Positions 48,532 through 60,565 of a stretch of 64,000 nt of DNA are shown here, one piece after another. The translations under genes and the position numbers were made by a program. The DNA is from Mobula hypostoma (Eukaryota). The notes under the pieces were generated by a model. That model saw only the letters and a list, made by a program, of their open reading frames with translations. It had not been told where the DNA came from and did not search any database. The stretch lies in contig NC_086108.1 of NCBI RefSeq assembly GCF_963921235.1, forward strand, positions 76,200,001 to 76,264,000, in the 5' to 3' direction. Every line of letters begins with the position of its first letter. The stretch's first letter is position 1.

Positions 48532-49862
48532 TTTTCTCTCCATTCAGAAAATAGTCAACACTTTCATTTTTTTCTACTAAAGTGCATGACCATACACTTC
48601 CCAACACTGTATTCTGTCTGCCATTTCTTTGCTCATTCTCCCAATCTACGTAAGTCTTTCCGTAAACTTCCTACTTCCTCAAAACTACCTGCCCCTCCAC
48701 CTATCTTCATATTGTCTGCAAACTTTGCAACAAAGCCATCAATTGCATTATCCAAATCATTGACATATAACGTAAAAAGAATTGGTCCCAACACAGACCC
48801 CTGTAGAGCACCACTAGTCACTGGCAACCAGTCAGAAAAGGCTCCCTTTATTTCCACTCTTTGCCTCCTGCCAATCAGCCATTGCTTTATCCATACTAGA
48901 ATTTTTCCTGTAATAGCATAGGCTTGTAGCCTGTTAAGCAGCCTTATGTGTGGCACCTTATCAAAGGGCTTCTGAAAATCCAAATATGCAACATCAAGCC
49001 ATTCTTCTTTGTCTATCCTGTTTGTTATTTCTTCAAAGAATTCCAACAGAATTGTCAGGCATGGTTTTTCCTTAAGGAAACCATGCTGACAATGGCCTAT
49101 TTTATCATGTGCCTCCAAGTACCTTGAGACCTCATCCTTAATAATCAACTCCAACACCCTCCCAACCACTGAAGTCAGACTAACTGGCCTATAGTTTCCT
49201 TTCTTCTGTCTCTCTCCCTTCTTGAAGAGTGAAGTGACATTTTCAATTTTCCAGTCTTCTGGAACCATTCCAGAATCAAGTGATTTTTGAAAGATCAGTA
49301 CTAATGTCTCCATAATCTCTTCAGCCACCTCTTTCAGAACTCTGGGGTGTACACCATCTGGTCCAGGTGACTTATCTATCTTCAGACCTTTCAGTTTCCA
49401 AGAAACTTATATTAGTTATGGTAATTTCACACACTTCATACCCCCAACACCTGGAACTTCCACCATACGGCTAGTGTCTTCCACAGTGAAGAGTGATGCA
49501 AAATACTTATTCAGTTCATCCACCATTTCATTGACCCCATTACTACCTCTCCAACATAGTTTTCCAGCAGTCTGATACTCTCTTTTATACTTTATGTATC
49601 TGAAGAAACTTTTGGTGTCCTCTTGAATATTACTGGCTAGCTTACTTTTGTATTCCATCTTTACCTTAATGATTCTTTAGATTGTCTTCTGTTGGTTTTT
49701 AAAAGCTTCCTAATTCTCTAACTTCCCACTAATTTTGGCTCTATTGTATGCCCTCTCTTTGGCTTTTATGTTGGCTTTGACTTCTCTTGTTAGCCACGGT
49801 TGTGTCATCTTTCCTTTAGAATACTTCTTCCTCTTTGGAATGTATTCTATCCTATATCTTCT
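48532..49862 (-). mobile_element. CR1 ORF2 internal fragment
   Basis: ORF 48633-49328: EDWKIENV, NYRPVSLTS, QHGFLK, DFQKPFDKVPH, QGSVLGP, FADN. Confidence 0.92.
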
Positions 49863-49864
49863 GT

Positions 49865-52800
49865 AATCTCTGGCTTGTGCTACGCGTCAGTGAGGGTAAA
49901 AATAGTGTGATTTGGCAGATGAATACATGGCTAAGGTGCTGGTGCAGAGGCCAGGGGTTCAGATTTCTGGTTCATTGGGATCTCACTGGGGAAGGTACGA
50001 CCTGCACAAATGGGATGGATTACAGCTGAACCTAATATTATGGGCTGGTTTGCTAGCAAAGTTAGGGAGGGTTTAAACTAATTTGGCAGAGGGATGGGAA
50101 CTAGAGTGATATAGCTGAGGATGCAGTGTACAGTGAGACTGTCAGGAAGGACAAGCAGATGAAAGGGAAAAATTGCAGTCAGAGATGAGTTGCAGTGTAA
50201 CATGGGGTAAAAGTAGAAAATGGTGACAATTACAGGCCTGAAGGTGTTATATTGATTATCTTGTAGTGCAGTTAGAGATTGCTGGGTGTGGCACTGTGGG
50301 CATCACTGAGTCATGGCCGGAAGAAGATCAGTTTGGAGCTTAACATCCAAGGATACACACTGCATCAAAAGGACAGGCAGGTAGGCAGAGGGGGTGGTGT
50401 GGCTCTGTTGGTAAAAAAATAGAATTCAAATCCTTAGAAAGAGGTAACATAGCAGTGGAAGATGCAGAAACCTTGGGAGTAGAATTAAACTGCAAGGCTA
50501 AAAAGACCCTGATGGAAGTTAAATACAGGCCTCCAAACAGTAGCCAGGATGTGGGCTACAAATTACAACGACAGATAGAAAACACACGTCAAAAGGGCAA
50601 AGTTACTATGGGGATTTCTAGGATGCCTAGGAGATGCTTTTTAGAACAGCTTGTGGCTGAACCCACTAGGGGAACTGCTATTCTGGATTGGGTGTTATAT
50701 CATTGGGTGATTTGATTAGGGAGTTTAAGGTAAAGGAACCCTTAGGAGACACTGATCATAATATGAGAGAATTCACCCTGCAGTTTCAGAGGGATAAGAT
50801 AATGTGAGATGTATCAGTATTACAGTGGAATAAAGGAAATTATAGAGGCATGACAGAGGAGCTGGCCGAAGTTGGTTGAAAGGGGAAACTAACAGGGATG
50901 ACAGCAGAACAGCAAAGGCTGGAGTTTCTGGGAGAAATTCGGAAGGTACAAGATAGATACATCTAAAGAATAAGTATTCTAAAGGCAGGATGACACAACT
51001 GTGGCTGACAAGGGAAGTCAAAGCCAGCATAAAAGCAAAAGAGAAAGCATATAATCGAACAAAAACTAGTGGGAAGTTAGAGGATTGGCAAGATTTTAAA
51101 AAGCAACAGAAGGCCTCAAAAGCCATGAGGAGGGAAAAGATGAAATATGAAGGTAAGCTAGCAAATTATATAGAGGAGCATACAAAAAGTTTTTTTCAGA
51201 TATATAGAGAGTAAAAGAGGCAACAGTAGATATTGGACGCCCGGAAAATGACACTGGAGAGGTAATAATGGCAGACATCCCACCCTGCAAAAACTCATTT
51301 CAGGGAGGTAGCACGATCAATTTGCGGGAGATTCCCAGAACTTCCGGGAGAGGTGGGATGTCTGCAATAGAGTAGCTCCTTAGCAGCTAGCCAGCTAGTT
51401 TAAATAATGTTAGCTACGCTAATGAATGAATGACACCTGTTAAATTCACCTCAACATGTCTTTTACAGTCTTAACCCACCATGGGCAATAGAAAAGTCAC
51501 TGTTGCAAACAGTGCAGCGAGCAACACTGTCATTATTTTTGACCCCTATTAGTTGGGGTACACTTTAGGGTAGTTTGGGGTGACGTACGTTTTATATTTT
51601 CTTATTTTGGAACACTCTGCCATGGTGCGGGGGCACACTCTCTCTGTCTCACGCTCTCTCTTGCTCTCTTGTGGTTGCTCTGTTGCTCTCGTGCGCTGTC
51701 TCTATCTCTCTCTCGCTTGCTCTCAAAAAATTGATTTCTGGGACATTGTATATAATTTGTGGGTATCAGGGAGCCACTATTAATATGCAGGAGACTCCCG
51801 GAACTTCCAGGAGAGGTGGGATGTCTGTAATGGGGGAACAAGAAAATGGCGAACCAACTAACTGAGTATTTTGCATCAGTCTTCACTGTGTAAGACACCA
51901 GAGGTATGTTGGAAGTTTGAGAGTATCTGGGAGAAGGTGCTTGGAAAGCTGAAAGGTCTGAAGGTAGGTAAGTCACCTGGACCAGATGGACTACACCTTA
52001 GGTTTCTGACAGAGTTAGCTGAAGAGATTATGGAGGCATTAGTAATGATCTTTCGAAAATCACTAGATTCTGGCATGGTTCTAGAGGACTGAAGAATTGT
52101 AAATGTCACTGCACCTTTAAGAAGGGAGGGAGGCAAAAGAAAAGAAATTATAGGCCAGTTAACCTGACTTCAGTGGTTGGGAAGAAGTTGGAGTCGATTG
52201 TTAAGGATGAGGCCTCAGGGTACTTAGAGGTGCATGATAAAATAAGCTAAAATCAGCATGATTTCCTTAAGGGGAAAATCTTGCCTGATAAATCTGTTGG
52301 AATTCTTTGAGGAAATAACAAGCAGGATAGACAAAGGAGAATTAATGGATGCTGTGTACTTGGATTTTCAGAAGGCGTTTGACGAGGTGCCACACATGAG
52401 GCTGCATGATATTGCAGTAAAGAATCCATAATACTGGAGTAAAGATATAAGCATGGATAGAGCATTGGCTGATTGGCTGGAGGCAAAAAGCGGGAATAAA
52501 AATTTATTCTGGTTTGCTGCCAATGACTAATGGTGGTCCACAGAGGTCAGTGTTGGGACTGCTTCTTTTTACATATATGTCAATGATTTAGATAACAGAA
52601 TTGATGGGTTTGTGGCCAAGATAGTGTATGATACGAAGACAGGTGGAGGGGTAAGTTGTGTTGAGGAAGCAGGGAGGCTGCAGAAGGACTAAGGCAGATT
52701 CAGAGAATGGGCAAAGAAGTGGCAGATGGAATACAATGTCGGAAAATGCATGATCATGCACTTCGGTGGACTGTTTTCTAAATGGGCAGAGAATTGAAAA

Positions 52801-53352
52801 ATCCAAGGTGAAAAGGGAGTTGGGAGTCCTCATGCAGGATTCCTTAAAGGTTAACTTACAGGTTAAGTCAGCAGTGAGGAAGCCAAATGCAATATTAGCA
52901 TTCATTTCATGAGGGTTAGAATATGAAAGCAAAGATGTAATGATAAGGCACTGGTGAGGCCTCACTTGTAGAGTACTGTGAGCAGTTTTGGGCCTCTTAT
53001 CTAAGAAAGGATGTGCTGACACTGGAGAGGGTTCAGAGGAGGTTCACGAGAATGATTCCAGTAATGAAAGGATTTTCATATGTGCAGTGTTTGATGGCTC
53101 CTGGCCTGTACTCGCTGGAATTTAGAAGAGACGAGGAGAAATTTCTTTATCCAGAAGATGGTGAATCTGTGGAATTCGTTGCCACGGGTGGCAGTGGAGA
53201 CAGGTCATCGGGTGTATTTAAAGCGGAGGTTGATAAGTTCTTGATCAGTCGGGAAGTGAAAGGTTATGGGGAGAAGGCAGAATGGGGTTGAGAGGGAAAA
53301 TGGATCAGCCACGGTGAAGTGGTGGAGTTCCTATTTCTTATAGTCTTATGGT
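49865..53352 (+). mobile_element. CR1 LINE (ORF1 3' end, EN, RT, tail), degenerate, with a DNA-element insertion
   Basis: Esterase remnant MNTWLRCWCRGQGFRFL; EN remnants RGGGVALLV, YRPPNS, PTRGTAILD; KSPGPDGLH; ERVQRRFTRMIP; TCTTATAGTCTTATGG tail. Confidence 0.92.
51272..51827. mobile_element. Unclassified non-autonomous DNA element with 13-bp TIRs and a duplicated right end
   Basis: CAGACATCCCACC (51272-51284) versus GGTGGGATGTCTG at both 51352-51364 and 51815-51827; TAATGG duplicated at 51266-51271 and 51828-51833; the host CR1 resumes exactly. Confidence 0.85.
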
Positions 53353-53389
53353 ATATATACTTCGATAATAAATTTGATCTTTGAACATT

Positions 53390-54130
53390 GAATGGTTTGG
53401 ATGAGGAGACCAAGTGCAATATATTTAAGTTTGTTGATCATATTAACTTGGAGGTAATTTTGTGAGGAAGATGTAGGGTAGCTTCAAGGGGGATGTGCTC
53501 AGGCTAACTCAAGTGGACATGACAAAGTGGAATGTAATGCAACCAATTGTGAGATTACCTGATTTGGTAAGATAGATATCCAAAGACAAAGTACTTCTAG
53601 AATAGCTTGAATATGAGAAGTGCTGCTTTTTAGAGGGGTCTGGAAGTTAATGTGCAAGTAATTTGAATAATTAGGAATAAAGGCACTTGGCTTTTCATGC
53701 AGAAGAGAACAAGAGTGAATTGTTAATCCTCTGGAGGGACTGTACATGGAATATAATACATGGGTCTGGTCACTCTATGAAAGGAAAGATATACTTATAA
53801 TTGAGGAACTGTGACTAAGATTCATTAGGTTGATTCCTAGGATGGGAGCAGGGCTGTGGTTTGCCCCGTGAGCAGAGATTAAGCAGACTGGCCTGTATTC
53901 TCTCTGGAGTTGAGAAGATTGAGAGGAGATTTCATTGAAGCATACAAAATTCTTCACAGGGTTTGACAAGGTAGATGCAGGGGTGATATTTCCCCTGACT
54001 TACAGATTTTTCAATGCTAAGAGATATGGGATTGTGCAATGAAAGTGGGATTGAGGTAAAAGATTTCTGGCTTGACTGGATGGCAGAGCAAGTGTGAGGG
54101 ATGAAATAACTTACTACTGCTTCCATTTCT
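53390..54130 (+). mobile_element. Old CR1 RT and 3' fragment
   Basis: TAAGTTTGTTGATCATA (KFADD remnant), AGATTCATTAGGTTGATTCCTAGGATG, GAGAGGAGATTTCATTGAAGCATACAAAATTCT. Confidence 0.7.
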
Positions 54131-55614
54131 ACTGTTTTTATGTAATACTGTTAAAATATCAGAAAGGTACTTGTGCTCAAATCTCTGGATGGGGATTGGA
54201 ATCCAAAAAAAATCTGCTCTTAAATATGAATTTAAAAAAACAAAAAAACCCTGCATTTACAACTTTTACAACTTCAGAACGTCCCAAAGAACCTTACAAT
54301 CAATAAAATACATCTGACATGTAGTAGCGTTAGAATGCACTGCTATTAACTAAGCCATGAATGACATTAGGGAGGGAGAAACAGAGTTTTGTTCATAACT
54401 TCGGAAACAAGAAGTTAAAAGAGTTAAATTGGCCTATTCTGACTATGCAGTTCTATTTCTTCGACTGGACAAATTTATTTGGGATACTTACCCTGTACTG
54501 CAGATGTAAATATGTAGGGACATGGGCAGAATTAGTGGAGGACCTGTCTTTAGTCTCTTCCAACACCTTTTCACAGATGAGGTGCACCGAAGGAAGATGA
54601 TCAGCTGACTACTTGCAAAGGTTCCAACAGGCTAAAATGCTGTGGTTATGGTGGCAATAGCAGCTTCACTAAAAATTTGTTTTTATGTATCTTCTATACA
54701 ATGGTATTAGCTGCATTTTGGGGATAGATTGCTGCTTTGCATTTTAAGCTGTAACAGTTCTATGTATGGTGAATAACAGAGGGAGGGGGAAATATGCATT
54801 AAATTCTAATGTGATTTTAGATAATTATAGACTAATTCCACTGTTAAGCTCTCCAGTCATGCATACCTTTGCACTGTCACCTGTTTAGAATTATGATGTA
54901 GTAAAACATGCCTTTGCAGCTCATCTTAAAACATATTAAACCCTGCGCAACAGTGACAGCTTAGTAATGATAATATTGTAAAGGTTTATCATAGGTACTG
55001 TGTCTGGTACTAAGCATCAGTGGCTCATGGATGGGTCTGGTTTAATGTAGTGTGTCACAAGGTGTCCTTCAAGTGCAGTCTAACTCATATCACCAAATAA
55101 GTGTCTCCTGTGGTACCAGGTGATAAAAAATTTCATTCTCACATGTTTAATTTGGGCTTCATGGGACTGCTATTACACTCAAATTACAGTTGCAAACTCA
55201 TGTCAACAAATTAATTTCCCTTGTGACCATTAATAGCTTTTAATATGAGCTAACCTTTAAAAACTGTCTCTGGCTGGACACTAATAGTATATTTATATTG
55301 GATCAAGGAATTTTATGCCTGTATGATTTTGAGGGTGGTGCAGACTGGGAACTCCAAGTTCTACTTCTATGTCTGTAAAGCTCTCAAATGGAGATAAGAC
55401 ACAGGGCTGCAAATACCTTCCTAAATGTGTGCGTATTGCTGTTCTTGCCATTGCTTGAATGTTAGAGTACATGTTTAATATTAGATAGATTAGTTGGTCA
55501 TCCATAAGATATTTTTGAAAAACCTATTTTCTCCAGGAGTCTAAGTAAATCACAATTTCACAGGAATTATCGAGGAACCTGGATGGTGAGGAGGGAGAAA
55601 GGGACTGTTGCTCT

Positions 55615-55875
55615 CTTGAATGCCCTGGTTCACTCTTTCATTGCCACTCCTGTCCTTCCACCTCTTCCCTACCAGTCAACAAGGGAATCAAATATACGTC
55701 TCCAAGTAAAGCAGCAATTCACATGTACTTCTTTCAATGCACTATATTTGCCATTCATGATGTGGTCTTCTTAACCTTGGGGAAATGAAAAAATAATTAC
55801 ATCGATGCAGAATATACAGTTCAATCCAAAAGCATGACCCTGAATTTAAGAGTAATCTGTTAGTTTAATTCTGCC
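55615..55875 (+). mobile_element. PLE linker/GIY-YIG fragment (old)
   Basis: LVHS...QVKQQFTCTSFNALY followed by TGTGGTCTTCTTAACCTTGGGGAA (CGLL.LGE remnant). Confidence 0.55.
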
Positions 55876-55951
55876 TTTTAGTTTGGAATCTGCATAATGA
55901 GAAATAGTAGAGGGAAGGGAAAGCCCTGCTGTAAAGAATGTTGCAACAATC

Positions 55952-56197
55952 TATTTATTTATTTCAAGACCTAGCATGGAACAGGGTCTTCTGGCCCTTC
56001 AAGTGGTGCTGCCCAGCGAATCACCAATTTAACCCTAGCCTAATCATGGGCGATTTACAATGACCAATTAACCTACTAACCAGCACCCGGAAAGGAATGT
56101 CCAAACTCGCTTACAGAGGACACTGGAACTGAACTCTGAACTCCAACGCCCTGAGCTGTAATAATGTTGTGCTAACTGCTATGCTTCTGTGACACCT
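55952..56197 (-). mobile_element. tRNA-derived V-type SINE
   Basis: Antisense head AGCATAGCAGTTAGCAC...GGAGTTCAGAGTTCAGTTCC, GTAGGTTAATTGGTCATTGTAAAT core and AATAAAATAAAT tail. Confidence 0.7.
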
Positions 56198-56446
56198 CCA
56201 GTATCTTTAGAATAAATCTGCTGTTGATCACTCAAGTCTTGCATATAGAAGCAGTAACACTGGAACAACATTTTACCTTGCTGTAAAATGTACTCTGTGG
56301 ATTATCTTGAAACAGATTTACAACGTGTATAGTGTTTTGCAATTGTATCTTATACAGCATTCTTATGTTTCACATGCTAACAAAATAACGATGAGGGAGA
56401 TTGAAACACTGAGGCAAATGCAGAAAGTGAGTGTTGGGTGCATTTT

Positions 56447-56791
56447 GATCATTCTGCTGTCAGAGGGAAGACTGCCTTTAGATCACTGGTGGGCTCACTC
56501 TGCTACAGAGAGGGAAGACTGCCTTTTGAACACTAGGGGATCACTCTGCTATCGGAAAGGAGAGACAGCCTTCTGATCGCTGGTGGGATCACTCTGCTAC
56601 GGAGAGGAGAGACTGCCTTTTGATCACTGGGGGATCACTCTGCTATCGGAAAGGAGAGACTGCCTTTTGATCGCTGGGGGATCACTCTGCTATCGGAAAG
56701 GAGAGAATGCCTTTAGATTGTTGCTGGAGAGGAGAGACCGCCTTTTGATCACTGGGGGATTGCTCTGCTATCGGAGAGGGCAGAGGCTGCC
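56447..56791 (+). repeat. 47-bp minisatellite
   Basis: Units like GATCACTGGGGGATCACTCTGCTATCGGAAAGGAGAGACTGCCTTTT start at 56481, 56528, 56575, 56622 and 56669; a shortened unit starts at 56716 and the last at 56747. Confidence 0.95.
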
Positions 56792-57097
56792 ACTGTGCCT
56801 GGAGAATGTTACCCAGGTTTTCTGTGTTTTGGACGACAGACTTCCGTTTCAGTCTTACAGTTATTTTAGATTCTGTTTTTTTTTCCATTCAATCCTCCTC
56901 CTATTTTGTGTGCGGGGAGGGGGAGGGAGATTTGGGGATCAATATGCCTGTTCAGTTTTTTTTAGTGCGGGGAGGAGGAATATGGGGATTTTGATGATCA
57001 TGCTGCTGTTCTTTTCTTTCTGGTTTTGTGGCTATCTGGAGAAAAAGAATTTCAGAGTTGTATACTTTGATAATAAATGAACCTTTGAACCTTTGAA
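56792..57097 (+). mobile_element. Retroposon 3' end adjoining the minisatellite
   Basis: Ends ATACTTTGATAATAAATGAACCTTTGAACCTTTGAA; similar tails at about 19140-19175, 40885-40915 and 53355-53392. Confidence 0.6.
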
Positions 57098-60000
57098 AAT
57101 AATACAATGGCACATATAACCTACATGTATTATTTCTGTACACCAAACAGTGCATCCTTTACCACGATCCCAGACCCAGACTCAATTTCAAGTGATGGAA
57201 ACGTATCATCACATTCTACAGCGTGTCCTGTATGATGGCCTTAAGGGGAGATGTGGGGTAGTGGAGAAGGAAGGTCTACATGGTCGCACAGGGTGAAGTA
57301 TGAATAGAGGTTACTGCATATGTATTTGTGTTAATTAAAAAAAATTTCCCATTTAAATGTGGGTTTTGGATGCATCTAACTATCAGAGATATTTTTAAAA
57401 AGACAGTTCAAAAGCTGGTACATTCAGGAGACGGTACACCACCTCCAGCCTACTTGCCATGTGACTTTACTATGTGTCTCCAGGATTGACAGGCTGAGGT
57501 CCATCCGTCTGCACCCATGCCATCGGGAGCCTTATTAATTTAATTGTACACTTTAGAAATAATTGAAATATTGTGTGACCAGTTTTGAGACTAATAACAT
57601 TTCTGGCTATCCAATGTAACAACTCATTAAAGTGTTCCAGCAGTTAGTTGTTTCATCAGATCATAGACTAATTACATATAAGTTATTTGAACTCAAAAAT
57701 CTGATATGAACAAACTATATTTATGTATGGAGTCTCTGGGGGTTAAACTATTCTGACTATTGCCCTCTGAAGGTACTTAAATATCCTAACATTATGGAAA
57801 GAATTAACCTCCTTTTTATCTTGGCAAAGTTTAAATGGTTAAATGAATGGAGCACAGACAGTAGGTTTAAAAGAAATAAAACCACTCATCTAACTGTTGG
57901 ATATGCATTGCAGTGATATGTCATTGGTATAACAGCTTAATGTTGAGCTTAACATATATTTCTGATCAAAGTTTACATTTCTGTTCTGGTAAAAGCATTT
58001 CATCAAATTAGTTATTAATTATGGCTTGGATCTCAGATAGGTTTTATTAATTTATAATTTGTTATTTGTGAAATTATATATTTATTCATAAACAACAGTA
58101 GATTTATTTTGTGATGCTGCAAATATTTACACTGACAAAATGCATTTTATTGCTAAATGTCAAAACATCAAAACATCAATGGTTACTACAAATACTGAAA
58201 GTTTTAAAGTGCATTTTAAAATCTTAAAACAGCTTTGCAGCATGCAAATATTGTAACTATCTGAATCTTCCTGGAAACTCATTAGAAAAGAATTGACTTG
58301 AAGCTTCTGAAATTTCTGCAATGTGCTCTGTTATTTACAATACTGAATACAAATTATTAAATAATTTAACCTTCTAGTGCAAACATTGATATTGAAAAAT
58401 CAGGAGTCAGCTGTATTTCTGTAGATGCTTCAGAGTCTATCATTAACAGTCATTGTCATATAAAATATACGTGAAACTGATTGGTTCATCTGAGATGTTA
58501 CGTTATGTGCAACATAGAAAATTCAGAATGAAAAACTGTTTACAAGTGATGTTCAGCATTTGAAGGACCATCTGAAGAGCTAAGCAATAAGATGATACAG
58601 GGGAAGAAAGTAAGTAAAGCCTGTATTGCCTTTTCCATTGATATTCTCAAAAAACAAATACGATTTCAGTTTGAATTATTGTTGCATATTGAAGACTAAT
58701 ATGTCTACAGTCACTACAAACATGTGAGTGCCAGACAAACAAAATGGACAATTTTTGATAGCTACTGTAATCTGAAATAAATTAAAATTAAAATCCAATT
58801 AAAAAATGTAAGGGATTGAAATAGCATTTACTACTACACCAAATGAACCCTCTGTGGTATTTGAATTATTACCTAGATAGCCTGAGAAATAAAAATACAA
58901 TTTTGAGATCTTACTTCATTTAAAAACCGCATAAATTTCTGATAACTGTAAAAAAAACTTTAAGAAAGGTGAAATGCCTTAAAAGCAGTCCCAAAGTGAA
59001 ATGAAGTTAGTTAAATTTTGAATGTGATAGTACTATACTAGAGTGACTAAGGCCAACTGGGAGAATAAGTAATTTCAGTAAGTTATAGCTCCTGGACAAG
59101 GTGACGTCCTCAGCAGCTCAGCATGATTTTGAGCAGTCATCCCAAATGCTTGGTCCAGTCGAATGATGGGTTCATATCCACCATTACCTCCCAGAATACT
59201 CCATCAGCAGAATGCCCTGCAGCCATCAGGGGTCAGGGGAGAGATCATCCGTTACTAAAACTGGCAAGTCCAATCCCCTAGACCCGACAGGACACACATC
59301 TACTGACAGAAGATTTGATTTGTATTACTTCATTCCTGTAACGTGCTTCTATCTTCATTCCAGCTAATTCTGTTATAGACTATATAGATAAATACAAGTC
59401 TATATAACAACGTCTAGATAAATTATTGGCAGTCAGGGGAGCCAGATAACAGGCTGTGTAACATAATGGAGCTAAGACTGTGTGATGGGCTAATAAATTC
59501 TGCTAAAGATTGGTCTACAATAGTAGTTTATCTAGCGCCACAGACAGGTTAACCCTCAGAGGCCTATTGAAGATACAATGCCCAATCAACATGCCAAAAT
59601 CCTGCAATTAGAAGCAGCAATTCCTGTAACTATACAAATAAGTAGGAGTTTTTCAGATCATTACATAAAAGAAAGCTGGATTTTGCAAGAATTATAACAT
59701 CTAATAAGAATTTAATCATTGTATATGTTTAGAGAAATAATATTAGCTGCCTACATATTTCAACAACTAATTCAACCTATGAGAATATTAGTATGTGAAT
59801 ATTTAAGCAAATTACATGACAAAAACTTAAAACTACTGGAATTTAAATTTCTTGTATAGCCTTGGCATAACTGCAAGGAAAAGGACGGTATGTTTTTTTC
59901 ACTTTACCTATTCAAGGAAACTTGCACAATTCATATGAAATGCATCAATCATATTTCCTGCATCTAAGGTGTGTACGTAAAAGCTTGTACTTCCTACGTA

Positions 60001-60264
60001 CATATTTTGCCTAATTGCAGTTGCTCACATTTGTTATTCACTTCTCATTTTTAGGGTTATGCCTGTTAGGGAACTCTGCTATCAACCTTGCCAAAAATTA
60101 CATGGGTAAAGAGGTTAGCTCCACGCAAGCAAGCCATTTGCAGTAACAGTACATTTGTAGCTATAGGCTTCACAATCTTCATCCAAACATCCCATGCAGT
60201 GAAGGTAATATGGCTCGCCTGGATAAGAAGACAGAGGACCTAGAGGTGTGCAACCTATTTGTAG

Positions 60265-60565
60265 TTACAGAACCATATAGCACAAAAACAGGCCCTTCAG
60301 CCCATCATGTCTACACCAACCATCATGTATCTACGTCCACTTTCCAGCACAACTGTGTCTTGTTGATTCAAGTACTCATCCAGATTACCTTAAAATGTTC
60401 CAATACTTAGCTGCCTCCACCACCTTCAGTCAAATCTCAGATATAGTGTTCGAGATTGTAATCGCCACTCTGGGTGAAAAGAAATTCTTCCTCATGTTCT
60501 CCATGAACATGGGCCCTCTGTCCTTGGACACCTTTGCCATGGGGAGAGGTTTGTTACTATCCGCC
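60265..60565 (-). mobile_element. CR1 3' fragment (degenerate)
   Basis: AGAACCATATAGCACAAAAACAGGCCCTTCAGCCC...CCACTCTGGGTGAAAAGAAATTCTTCCTC (antisense RKNFFSPRV). Confidence 0.65.

Noticed and set aside
56447..56791. Regular repeats that might suggest a CRISPR array, and ORF 56583-57080
   Set aside because: Units are contiguous with no unique spacers, the context is eukaryotic with no cas genes, and the ORF is just repeat translation.
59060..59290. GC-richer unique stretch considered as an exon or repeat
   Set aside because: I found no recognisable ORF, termini or structure, so it cannot be assigned.
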